Shown piece by piece: positions 9,334 to 17,519 of a stretch of DNA of 55,666 nucleotides. The DNA is from a virus (Duplodnaviria > Caudoviricetes), in the IMG/VR virus record IMGVR_UViG_3300046791_000457, positions 1 through 55,666 of that record. One strand, 5' to 3'. A program made the translations under genes and the position numbers. The notes beneath the pieces were generated by a model, which searched no databases, was not told the origin of the DNA, and worked only from the letters and a program-made list of their open reading frames with translations. Within the stretch, counting starts at the first letter, position 1, and each line of letters starts with the position of its first letter.

Positions 9334-10807
9334 CGCTTCTGCCGTTGCTCGCGTGCTCGGCGTGACCACGAACTTCCGCGACCTGCGCGACGGCGGCGTC
9401 ATGCGCCTTCCCCAGCGGATCGCCGTGTTCGCCCAGGGCCGGAGCTCGGTCTCCTACAGCCTGGCGAAGTTCCGGGCCTTCAGCTCGAAGGAGGTCGGCG
9501 ACGCGCTGGGCTACGGCTCGCCCGCCCACCTGGCCGCGCGCGAGCTCTTCCCCGACAACGGCGACGGCGTCGGGACGATCCCCGTCACGTTCTACCCGCT
9601 CGAGGACGACCAGTACGCGGTGACCGCGGCTGGCATGATCACGCCGGCGGGCACGCAGACCAAGGCCGCGGCCTACCGCGTCTACGTCTCCGGCATCCCG
9701 TCGCAGAAGTTCGTGATCCCGGCCGGCGCCACGCTGGCCCAGGAGTGCGCGCTCATCGCCGCGGCGATCAACGGCGTGCTCCACATGCCGGTCATCGCGA
9801 CCGACAACACCACCGACGTCAGCCTGGCCGCGAAGTGGGCCGGTGCGAGCGCCAACGACATCTACATCGAGGTGGTCGGCGAGTCGCTCGGCACGACCTT
9901 CACCGTGGTGCAGATGAACGGCGGCCTGGTCAACCCCCTGGTCGACGACGCGCTCCTGCTCGTCGGCAACGTGTGGGAGACGATGGGCCTCAACGCCCTC
10001 GACGCCTACGACACCGACGCGCTCGACGCGTTCCAGGTCTTCGGCGAGGGCCGCTGGGGCGAGCTCGTGCGCAAGCCGATGACCGTCTTCCGCGGCAACA
10101 CGGACGACACGGTCGGCACGTCGACCGCGACGACCTCGACCCGGCTCGACGACCGCGTCAACGTCCAGGTCCCCGCGCCCGGGTCCTCGAACCTGCCGTG
10201 CGTGGTCGCGGCGGCGCAACTGGTGCGCATCGCCAAGCTCTCGAACAACAAGCCCGCGAACGACTACGGGTCGCAACGGTGCCCGTCGCTGACCCCGGGC
10301 CTGGACTCGGTGCAGTGGGACTTCGTGAAGCGGGATGCTGCCGTCAAGGCCGGCAGCTCGACCACCGAGGTCAAGGACGGCGTGGTCACCATCTCGGACG
10401 TGGTCACGAGCTGGGCCCCGACGGGCGAGGCGGTGCCCGCGTACCGGTTCGTCTGCGACATCGTCAAGCTGCAGAACATCATCTTCAACCTCGACCTGGA
10501 GTTCGCGAGCGAGGAGTGGGACGGCGCGCCGTTCATCCCCGACGACCAGGCGACGGTGAACCCCGACGCCAAGAAGCCCCGCATGGTGGTCGCAGCCGCG
10601 AACGCGATCATCGACTCGCTGGGTCTCGCCGCCATCATCTCCGACCCGGAGAAGGCGAAGAAGCAGACGCGCTGCACGCAGGACGGCAGCAACCCGAAGC
10701 GCTGGAACCTGAGCATCACCGTCCAGCTCGCCGGCAACTCGAACGTGAAGGACATCACGCTCAACTTCGGCTTCTTCTTCGGCACGCCGACGGCCATCGC
10801 CGCCTGA
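9323..10807 (+). CDS. Contractile tail sheath protein (Mu gpL-like)
   Basis: 494 aa; GYGSPAHL, LAAKWAGASAN and GSSTTEVKDGVVTISDVVTS motifs; AAGGAG RBS. Confidence 0.88.
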   Translation: MTVDASAVARVLGVTTNFRDLRDGGVMRLPQRIAVFAQGRSSVSYSLAKFRAFSSKEVGDALGYGSPAHLAARELFPDNGDGVGTIPVTFYPLEDDQYAVTAAGMITPAGTQTKAAAYRVYVSGIPSQKFVIPAGATLAQECALIAAAINGVLHMPVIATDNTTDVSLAAKWAGASANDIYIEVVGESLGTTFTVVQMNGGLVNPLVDDALLLVGNVWETMGLNALDAYDTDALDAFQVFGEGRWGELVRKPMTVFRGNTDDTVGTSTATTSTRLDDRVNVQVPAPGSSNLPCVVAAAQLVRIAKLSNNKPANDYGSQRCPSLTPGLDSVQWDFVKRDAAVKAGSSTTEVKDGVVTISDVVTSWAPTGEAVPAYRFVCDIVKLQNIIFNLDLEFASEEWDGAPFIPDDQATVNPDAKKPRMVVAAANAIIDSLGLAAIISDPEKAKKQTRCTQDGSNPKRWNLSITVQLAGNSNVKDITLNFGFFFGTPTAIAA

Positions 10808-10848
10808 TCGCCGACATCCACCGCAACTGAATCGCGCCTGCTGTCGCA

Positions 10849-10870
10849 GGGCAAGAGCGCATCCGTGCGC
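10849..10870 (+). promoter_or_regulatory. Conserved hairpin element upstream of tail tube gene (copy 2)
   Basis: GGGCAAGA-GCGCA-TCCG-TGCGC; 19/22 identical to 6544-6565 with the stem intact. Confidence 0.5.
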
Positions 10871-10893
10871 CTGAAAACCAAGGAGCTTTCCCC

Positions 10894-11280
10894 ATGTCGG
10901 CAGTAGGCGGACCAATCCAAGAGATCTCGATCCGGGGTCGCATCTTCCCGGTCGCCGCGGACTCGGACGGCACGTTCAAGCCGGGCGGGTACTCGTCGAC
11001 CATCGAGCCGAACGGCGACGGCGCGACCGCGCGCCCGCTGCTCGAGGCCAAGAACTGGATGCTCGAGAGCGTCAACCTCAGCGTCGACCACGACCGTGGC
11101 GACGTGGAATTCCTGAACGAGCGCGTCGCGGACGTCGAGTTCTCCCCGATCTCGGTCACGTTCATCTCGGGCCACACCTGGTCCGGGCGCGGCAAGCTGA
11201 CCGGCGAGGTGGAGTTCAACCACCAGAAGTCCACCGCAGCGGTCTCCATGGGCGGACCGGGCAAGGCCGCTCAGCAGTGA
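10894..11280 (+). CDS. Tail tube protein
   Basis: 128 aa directly after the sheath gene; AAGGAG RBS; size fits a Mu-like tube. Confidence 0.8.
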   Translation: MSAVGGPIQEISIRGRIFPVAADSDGTFKPGGYSSTIEPNGDGATARPLLEAKNWMLESVNLSVDHDRGDVEFLNERVADVEFSPISVTFISGHTWSGRGKLTGEVEFNHQKSTAAVSMGGPGKAAQQ

Positions 11281-12314
11281 GCAAGCGGGTTCTTCTCACC
11301 GGCGGCTGTGGCTTCATCGGAGGCCACACCGTCGAGCACTGGCTGGCGAATACCGACTGGCACGTCATCGTGCTCGACGGGCTTCGCCACGCCGGCAACG
11401 TGCGGCGGCTGACCGAGGCGGCCAGCTTCGACCCGTCGCGCGTCACCCTGCTCTGGCACGACCTGCAGGCCCCGATCTACCCGGAGCTCGCCGCCGCCAT
11501 CGGCCACGTCGACTACGTGGTGCACATGGCCAGCGACAGCCACGTGGACCGGTCCATCGACGACCCGGTCCCGTTCGTCAAGAACAACGTGGCGGTCACC
11601 CTGACCATGCTGGAGTTCGCCCGGGCCGCGAAGCCCGAGAAGTTCATCCAGATCGGGACCGACGAAATCTTCGGCCCGGCGCCCGACGGCGTGAGCCATG
11701 CCGAGGATGCAGCGCTCCGGCCGTCGAACCCCTACAGCGCTTCGAAGGCCTGCCAGGAGGCCATCGCTTTCGCCTACTGGCGGACCTACGGCGTGCCGGT
11801 GATCTGCACCCGCACCATGAACAACTTCGGGGAGCGCCAGAACCCGGAGAAGTTCGTGCCCAAGGTCATCCGCCAGGTGGCCGCCGGCGAGGTCGTCACG
11901 ATCCACGCGCAGCCGCTGGTGCTGGGCGCCGAGCCCGGGAACCCGGAGCACTGGCTGCCCGGCTCGAGGGTCTGGCTGCACGCAAGGAACCATGCCGATG
12001 CCCTGAAGTTCATCCTGGAGAACATCGAGCCGGCGAGCTACGCCCTCGGCGCGATCGACCCGACGCGGTTCAACGTCGCCGGCGAGCGCGAGCTCGACAA
12101 CCTGGCGATGGCCCACCTGATCGCCCGGATCCTGGACAAGCCGCTGCACTTCGAGCTGGTGGACTTCCACGGCAGCCGGCCCGGGCATGACCTGCGCTAC
12201 AGCCTCGACGGCTCCGCGCTGCGCGCCGCCGGGTGGCGGCAGCCGATGACCATGGACGAGTCCTTCGAGAGGTCGGTGCGTTGGACGGTCGAGAACGAGC
12301 TGGCGAAAGCCTGA
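11277..12314 (+). CDS. NDP-glucose 4,6-dehydratase (RmlB-like extended SDR)
   Basis: TGGCGFIG, HMASDSHVDRSI, TDEIFG, PYSASK (YxxxK), NNFGERQNPEKFVP and RPGHDLRY motifs. Confidence 0.92.
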   Translation: MSKRVLLTGGCGFIGGHTVEHWLANTDWHVIVLDGLRHAGNVRRLTEAASFDPSRVTLLWHDLQAPIYPELAAAIGHVDYVVHMASDSHVDRSIDDPVPFVKNNVAVTLTMLEFARAAKPEKFIQIGTDEIFGPAPDGVSHAEDAALRPSNPYSASKACQEAIAFAYWRTYGVPVICTRTMNNFGERQNPEKFVPKVIRQVAAGEVVTIHAQPLVLGAEPGNPEHWLPGSRVWLHARNHADALKFILENIEPASYALGAIDPTRFNVAGERELDNLAMAHLIARILDKPLHFELVDFHGSRPGHDLRYSLDGSALRAAGWRQPMTMDESFERSVRWTVENELAKA

Positions 12315-13012
12315 CCCGCGCCCCCACACTGGCCGCGCTGGCCTCGATTCCGACGAGGGCCGAGATCCTCGAGGGCACGCTGCGCAGCCTGCGCCCGCAG
12401 GTGGACCGGATCGCGGTCTACCTCAACGGCTACCCCGAGGTGCCGGCCATCGTGCACGAGCTCGCCGACGAGCACGTGCTGTGCCCGGAGAACGGCGGCG
12501 CCGAGCGGAAGTTCTGGTGGGCGGACAAGCACGACGGGATCTACCTCTCGTGCGACGACGACATCACCTACCCGCCCGACTACGTCGAGCGGATGTGCGC
12601 CGAGCTCGAGGAGCACGGCGGGATCGTGAGCGCCCATGGGCGCGTGTACCTGGGCAAGCCCTACGACGTCGAGCGGGTCGAGCCCGGTAGCGTCGGGGTG
12701 TACCACCGGCGCGTCGACTACGGCCGGCCGGTGAACCACTGCGGCACGGGCGTCGCAGCATGGGATGCGCGCACCGTGCACGTCCCGACGGAGTGGCCGC
12801 TCCGGAACATGGCCGACATGCAGCTCGCCATGTGGGCGCAGGGCGCGAGAGTTCCGATGTGGCTGATCGCCCATCAGGCCAACTGGCTGAAGTCGCCCAC
12901 GATTCACGACACCCAGAGTCTCTGGCACCAGTCGAGGATCCAAGGTCATCGCAAGCGGAGCGAAGTGCTCCGCGCATTCGGAGAGAGAGTCGGCTGGAGG
13001 ATGGTTTGCTAG
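12311..13012 (+). CDS. Glycosyltransferase, GT-A fold (GT2-like)
   Basis: LASIPTR...LRSLRPQVD...VYLN and YLSCDDDITYPPDY (DxD). Start uncertain; the CTG at 12311 overlaps the upstream TGA. Confidence 0.8.
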   Translation: MTRAPTLAALASIPTRAEILEGTLRSLRPQVDRIAVYLNGYPEVPAIVHELADEHVLCPENGGAERKFWWADKHDGIYLSCDDDITYPPDYVERMCAELEEHGGIVSAHGRVYLGKPYDVERVEPGSVGVYHRRVDYGRPVNHCGTGVAAWDARTVHVPTEWPLRNMADMQLAMWAQGARVPMWLIAHQANWLKSPTIHDTQSLWHQSRIQGHRKRSEVLRAFGERVGWRMVC

Positions 13013-14358
13013 CGAGCGAGCGACAGCGACAGATCCGGCGTGCCGAGGCGCGTCGGCGTTCTCAGCTGGCTCAGCCGGTCCGGGAATGGATGCGCTGGGA
13101 CGTGATCAACGCGTTGCTCGACGCGGCCAATGGTCGGAAGTTTCTCGAAATCGGTGTGCAGGCAGGCGTATGCGGTGCCCGAGTGCGCGCTGACGAAAAG
13201 TGGGGGGTAGACCCCGAAGCGCGCGCGGGAGCCTCAACGGGCTACGCGCGCTTTTTTGCGTCCGGCTCCGACGAGTTCTTCGCGCAGCTGCCCGCCGACG
13301 AGCTCTTCGACGTGGTCATGGTCGACGGCCTGCACCACGCCGACCAGGTCGAACGCGACACCCTGAACGCCCTTCGGCACCTGGCCCCGGGCGGGGCCAT
13401 CGTACTGCACGACTGCAACCCCCTGACCGAGATCGCCCAGCGCGTCCCGCGGGCGACGGGGGTCTGGAACGGCGACTGCTGGAAGGCGATGGCGCGCCTG
13501 CGCGCGCGCGGCGATGTCGACGCCTTCACGATCAACGCCGACCACGGCGTGGGCGTGGTCCGCAAGGCACGGACCGTGGCGCCGCTGACGGGCCTGCCCG
13601 AGGTGCTGACCTGGGCGGACCTCGAGGCCGACCGCGCTCGGCTGGTGGGGCTGGTGGAGCCCGCCCGATGGCTCGACCGGCTGGGCCCGCCATACTCGTT
13701 CGGTCGGCTGGTGGTGGTCTCCGCCATCTTCGGTGGCCGGGACGCCCCGCTGCCGATCCCCGCTGGGCTCGACATCACCGAGGCCGTGCTCTTCACGGAC
13801 TGCGTGAGCCCCAAGGATGCGCCCGGCTGGCGGGTGGTCACCTGCGACAAGGCCGCCGATCCACGGCTCGCTGCGCGGCGGGTGAAGACCCTGGCGCTCG
13901 AGCTGGTGGACTCCGAGGTGCTGCTCTGGATCGATGGCCGCATCCGGCTCACCGGGGTTCCCCTTCGGCGCCTGGTGACCGAGGCGCTCGAGGAGGCCGA
14001 GCTCGCCGGCTTCCCGCACCCGTGGCGGCGCTGCGCGTACGCGGAGGCCCTGGAGTGCGGGACCCTGGGCCTGGCCCCGGTCGATGCCCTGGCCGACCAG
14101 GCCGCGGCCTACCGCGACGAAGGGCTGCCCGAGAATGCCGGGCTCTGGAACACCATGGTGCTGGCGCGCCGGAACACCCCGGCGATGCGCGAGCTCGGCC
14201 GCTGCTGGTGGGAAGAGATCCAGCGGCACACCGTCCGCGACCAGGTGAGCCTGCCTTACCTGCTGTGGCGCGACGGCATCCGGCCGGGCGAGCTCGGCCC
14301 GGACGTGTACCGCGAGGGCAGCAGCCCGTATTTCGACCGAGGGAGACACGCAACGTGA
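13006..14358 (+). CDS. Fusion of class I SAM methyltransferase and DUF616 (TOD1/MUCI70-like) glycosyltransferase domain
   Basis: N-half FLEIGV...FDVVMVDGLH...LAPGGAIVLHDC; C-half VSAIFGGRD...WIDG...HPWRRCAYAEA...WWEEI...RDQVSLPY. TTG at 13006 after GGAGG, or ATG at 13090. Confidence 0.82.
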   Translation: MLASERQRQIRRAEARRRSQLAQPVREWMRWDVINALLDAANGRKFLEIGVQAGVCGARVRADEKWGVDPEARAGASTGYARFFASGSDEFFAQLPADELFDVVMVDGLHHADQVERDTLNALRHLAPGGAIVLHDCNPLTEIAQRVPRATGVWNGDCWKAMARLRARGDVDAFTINADHGVGVVRKARTVAPLTGLPEVLTWADLEADRARLVGLVEPARWLDRLGPPYSFGRLVVVSAIFGGRDAPLPIPAGLDITEAVLFTDCVSPKDAPGWRVVTCDKAADPRLAARRVKTLALELVDSEVLLWIDGRIRLTGVPLRRLVTEALEEAELAGFPHPWRRCAYAEALECGTLGLAPVDALADQAAAYRDEGLPENAGLWNTMVLARRNTPAMRELGRCWWEEIQRHTVRDQVSLPYLLWRDGIRPGELGPDVYREGSSPYFDRGRHAT

Positions 14359-15338
14359 GGGACCTCTTCGAGCAGAGCATCGCGGCCGCTGCGGCGCCGC
14401 TGCGCGGGCTGCGCGTGCTTCTCTTCGGCTTCTCGGGCCGCGGCTTCCCCGGCGGCGACGGCGCCCTCGAGGCGGCCGATGCGCTCGGCCGGCACGGCAT
14501 GGGCGTCACCTACACCCACCAGATGGATCCGGACCTGCCCGCGAAGCTCGAGCTGAGCTACGACGTCGCGATCATCACCAACACCCGGATCGGCGAGCTG
14601 CTCGAGGCGTCCGAGCGGCTGTGGACCTGCGCCGCTGAAACCGTCCTCTGGTTCTGGGACCTGCGCCCGGGCCACGTCGGCGCCCAGCTACGCGGCCGCG
14701 TCGACCGCGCCTACCTCACCTACAATGGGCCCTGGGAGACGCCGCACCACGAGCTCTACTCGCCCGAGCAGTGGGCCAAGGCCCTGGGCGTCCCGGTCGG
14801 CTACTGCCCGCAGGCGGCGCCACTCCGCGCGGCCGAGCTCCAGCCTGGTGGCCCCCGCGTTCTCTTCGTGGGCGACCTGGCCAACGGCACCTACCACACG
14901 GGCCGCAAGGACCTCTGTGAGGCCCTGGGCGCCACGGTCATCAACGAGCGTGCCCGAGACAAGCGCCTGGCCGTCGAGGCGAGCCTGCCCATCCGGTACC
15001 GCTCCGCGTGCTACGTCCTGAGCACGTCGCCGGCGGCGCCCGGCTATACCTCGGTTCGGACCTACTCGATCCTGGCCTGCGGTGGCCTGATGCTCCTGCA
15101 GCGCTTCCCCGGCTGCGAGCGGCTGTTCACGACCGGCGAGCACGCGGTGATCTTCGACGACGCTGCGAGCGCGCTCGCCGTCATGGCGGAGCTGGACAAG
15201 CGCCCCGCGGCGCGCGCGGCCATCGCCGAGGGCGGCCGTGCGCTCCATGCCACCCGGCACACGGTGGCCCACCGGATCCTGTCCATTTGTAATGAAGTGG
15301 CCGGTCTGTCGGACGGCTTCGGCGGTTTCCTCGCGTGA
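14355..15338 (+). CDS. Glycosyltransferase, GT-B (CgeB/Glyco_trans_1_2-like)
   Basis: LWFWD...VLFVG...YTSVRTYSILACGGLML...LFTTGEHAVIF; GTG overlaps the upstream TGA. Confidence 0.78.
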   Translation: MRDLFEQSIAAAAAPLRGLRVLLFGFSGRGFPGGDGALEAADALGRHGMGVTYTHQMDPDLPAKLELSYDVAIITNTRIGELLEASERLWTCAAETVLWFWDLRPGHVGAQLRGRVDRAYLTYNGPWETPHHELYSPEQWAKALGVPVGYCPQAAPLRAAELQPGGPRVLFVGDLANGTYHTGRKDLCEALGATVINERARDKRLAVEASLPIRYRSACYVLSTSPAAPGYTSVRTYSILACGGLMLLQRFPGCERLFTTGEHAVIFDDAASALAVMAELDKRPAARAAIAEGGRALHATRHTVAHRILSICNEVAGLSDGFGGFLA

Positions 15339-15880
15339 CCCGGCTCATCACCCAAATCGCCTGGGACGACCAGAGGAACCTCGGCGCCGCCTACAACCGG
15401 GCCATGGGAGCGCTCAGCCCGGGCGACTGGTGCTGCTTCCTCGACCACGACGCGATGTTCACCTCGCCCGGCTGGCGCGACCAGCTCCGGCAGGCCATCG
15501 CCGAGAACCCCAGGGCGGGTCTGATCGCTGCCTACACCAACCGCATCGGGCGCAAGACGCAGATCGCGCCCGGCTGCCCCCAGTCCCACGACCTGCTCGA
15601 GCACGCCGCGTTCGGCGCCGAGCTCGCCGCCCGCTACGCCGCCGCGGCCCGGGACATCACCGCCGACTCGCCGATCAGCGGCGTCGTGATGGCGATGTCG
15701 CGGGAGACCTGGGCCCTGATCGGCGGCTTCCGGGATGGGTTCTTCGGGGTCGACAACTGGGCCCACCGGGACGTGCGCTCGAAGGGCCTGCGCGTGATGA
15801 TCCTGCCCGGCCTGTACGTCTACCACTGGTACCGCGCCGACGGCGTCGGGCACCCGGGCGCTCCCAAGGCGGCCGCCTGA
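15335..15880 (+). CDS. Small glycosyltransferase, GT2-like
   Basis: GAAYNRAM...CFLDHDAMF (DxD)...SRETWALIGGFRDGFFGVD. Confidence 0.8.
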   Translation: MTRLITQIAWDDQRNLGAAYNRAMGALSPGDWCCFLDHDAMFTSPGWRDQLRQAIAENPRAGLIAAYTNRIGRKTQIAPGCPQSHDLLEHAAFGAELAARYAAAARDITADSPISGVVMAMSRETWALIGGFRDGFFGVDNWAHRDVRSKGLRVMILPGLYVYHWYRADGVGHPGAPKAAA

Positions 15881-16332
15881 TGCTGCTCCGCTGCTTCGTG
15901 TTCGATGGCGAGCCGGAGGCCGTCGCGGCCATGGCCGCCTGCGGTGCACCGTGGGTCGTGGCGATGGCGAGCAACACCATCTGGGGCCAGCGCGACTGGC
16001 ACCCGCGGATCGCCCGAGCGCTCGACCTGGCGCCGCGCGACACCCGCCTGCTGCTCCCGACCCTGAACGGCCCGGCCCCGGACTGGCAGGAAGCTGGTCC
16101 CGACAGCCCGGACTTCTTCGCCCAGCGCAAGCACGCCGACGGCTCCCCGAAGGCGGCCGCGGTCGACGTGACGAAGGAGCCCCTGCAGGCGGCCCCGGTG
16201 TGCGCGGTCATCCGCGCGAAGGATGCGCCGATGCTGCTGGGCCCAGGATTCGAGGGCATGCACGAGCGGGCCAGGAAGCTCGGGCGCGTGCTCCTGATCT
16301 CCGACCTCTACCTGGTGCAGCGCCGTGCATAA
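15880..16332 (+). CDS. Hypothetical protein in the glycosylation cassette (possible degenerate GT-A-like)
   Basis: ATG coupled to the upstream stop (TGATG); MLLRCFVFDG...; overlaps the next gene by 8 nt. Confidence 0.55.
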   Translation: MLLRCFVFDGEPEAVAAMAACGAPWVVAMASNTIWGQRDWHPRIARALDLAPRDTRLLLPTLNGPAPDWQEAGPDSPDFFAQRKHADGSPKAAAVDVTKEPLQAAPVCAVIRAKDAPMLLGPGFEGMHERARKLGRVLLISDLYLVQRRA

Positions 16333-16804
16333 AGCCAGCATCGCGATGATGTCCGAGCTCCGCGCGCACGTCCCCGCGGGCGCGCGCGTGCTCGATGTGG
16401 GCGGCGCCGACGTCAATGGCACCTACCGCGAGCTGTTCGGCGACGCGAAGACCTACACATCGCTCGACTATCAGAACGCCGACATCGTGGTGCAGGGCTG
16501 GGACTGGCCACCCGAGCTGGATGGGTCCTTCGACGCCGTGCTCTGCGGCCAGGTCTTCGAGCATGACGAGCGGTTCTGGGTGACGGCGCAGAACATCGCG
16601 CGCGTGCTGCGGCCAGGTGGGCTCGCGATCATCATCGCGCCGGCGGCCGGCGCGGTGCACCGCCACCCGGTGGACTGCTGGCGGTTCTACCCCGACGCCC
16701 CGAAGGCGCTCGCGAAGTGGATGGGCATGGAGCTGCTCGGCTCGAAGCACGCCGACGACAGCCCCTGGCGCGACATCGGCGCCGTGTTCCGCAAGCCCGG
16801 CTGA
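16325..16804 (+). CDS. Class I SAM-dependent methyltransferase
   Basis: VLDVGGADVNG, FDAVLCGQVFEH, RVLRPGG and HRHPVDCWRF motifs, as seen in glycan-cluster MTases. Confidence 0.85.
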   Translation: MHKASIAMMSELRAHVPAGARVLDVGGADVNGTYRELFGDAKTYTSLDYQNADIVVQGWDWPPELDGSFDAVLCGQVFEHDERFWVTAQNIARVLRPGGLAIIIAPAAGAVHRHPVDCWRFYPDAPKALAKWMGMELLGSKHADDSPWRDIGAVFRKPG

Positions 16805-16887
16805 TCGCCTCGAGCTGATCGCCGCCCGACCTACGCGCGCCCCGCTGAGGGGCGAGGCGCGCGCATGCACATACAGGGAGACAGTTC

Positions 16888-17286
16888 ATGACGGCATTGA
16901 TGAAGAGCAAGGAGCCGGTGGTGGCCCCCGAGGTCGCCGAGGCGGAGTTCGAGAGGTTCTTGGCCACGATGGACCTCGATGCGGAGCACGTCTGGGACAA
17001 CCAGGAAGACGAGTGCCGCGTGATTCTGCGCGCCATGGAGTCGGGCGCGCTGGTCCTCAACGACGACGGTGAGCCGGTGTTCACCCCGAGCGAAGGTGAG
17101 GTGATCATCTTCGCCGAGCCCCGCGGCCGCCACCGGTCGCAGATGTCGAAGCAGTCCGACGCGATCAAGAAGAGCTTCGCGCTGATCGCCGGCATCACCC
17201 AGCAGCCGCCCAAGCGCTTCGAGGACATGCGGCAGCGCGACCTCAAGGTGGTCGAGGCGGTCGTCATGCTTTTTCTTGTCGGGTAG
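16888..17286 (+). CDS. Tail assembly chaperone (G-like)
   Basis: 132 aa shortly upstream of the tape measure gene; T-run near the 3' end. Confidence 0.75.
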   Translation: MTALMKSKEPVVAPEVAEAEFERFLATMDLDAEHVWDNQEDECRVILRAMESGALVLNDDGEPVFTPSEGEVIIFAEPRGRHRSQMSKQSDAIKKSFALIAGITQQPPKRFEDMRQRDLKVVEAVVMLFLVG

Positions 17287-17510
17287 CCACGCCGCTCGTC
17301 AGGTTCGGCGAGGACTACTTCCATCCGCCGGACCGCGAGACGGGCGCCGAGCGTCACACGATGCACGCGGTCTACGGCGAGATGCTGCTGCAGATCTGCA
17401 GTGACTACCCGGCGCTATCCGACCCGAACGAGATGCGCAACCACGAGATCCGTTTCTTCTACGAGGGCATCCGCGCCTCGCTGAAGAAGGCGACTGCTCC
17501 GAGCAAGTGA
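17272..17510 (+). CDS. -1 frameshift extension of tail chaperone (GT-like)
   Basis: The -1 frame is open from CTTTTTC (17269-17275) to TGA at 17510: ...VATPLVRFGEDYF...EIRFFYEGIRASLKKATAPSK. Confidence 0.65.
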
Positions 17511-17519
17511 GGCCGCGCC

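Noticed and set aside
13200-14354. 712-aa ORF 13200-15338 as a single protein
   Set aside because: The first 385 codons are Arg/Pro/Gly-rich shadow sequence over the MTase-DUF616 gene. The real start is likely the GTG at 14355.
10804-16824. CTGATCGCC copies as insertion boundaries of the glycosylation cassette
   Set aside because: They are only 9-10 nt, include stop codons, and bracket the tube gene too, so they are not a convincing target-site duplication.
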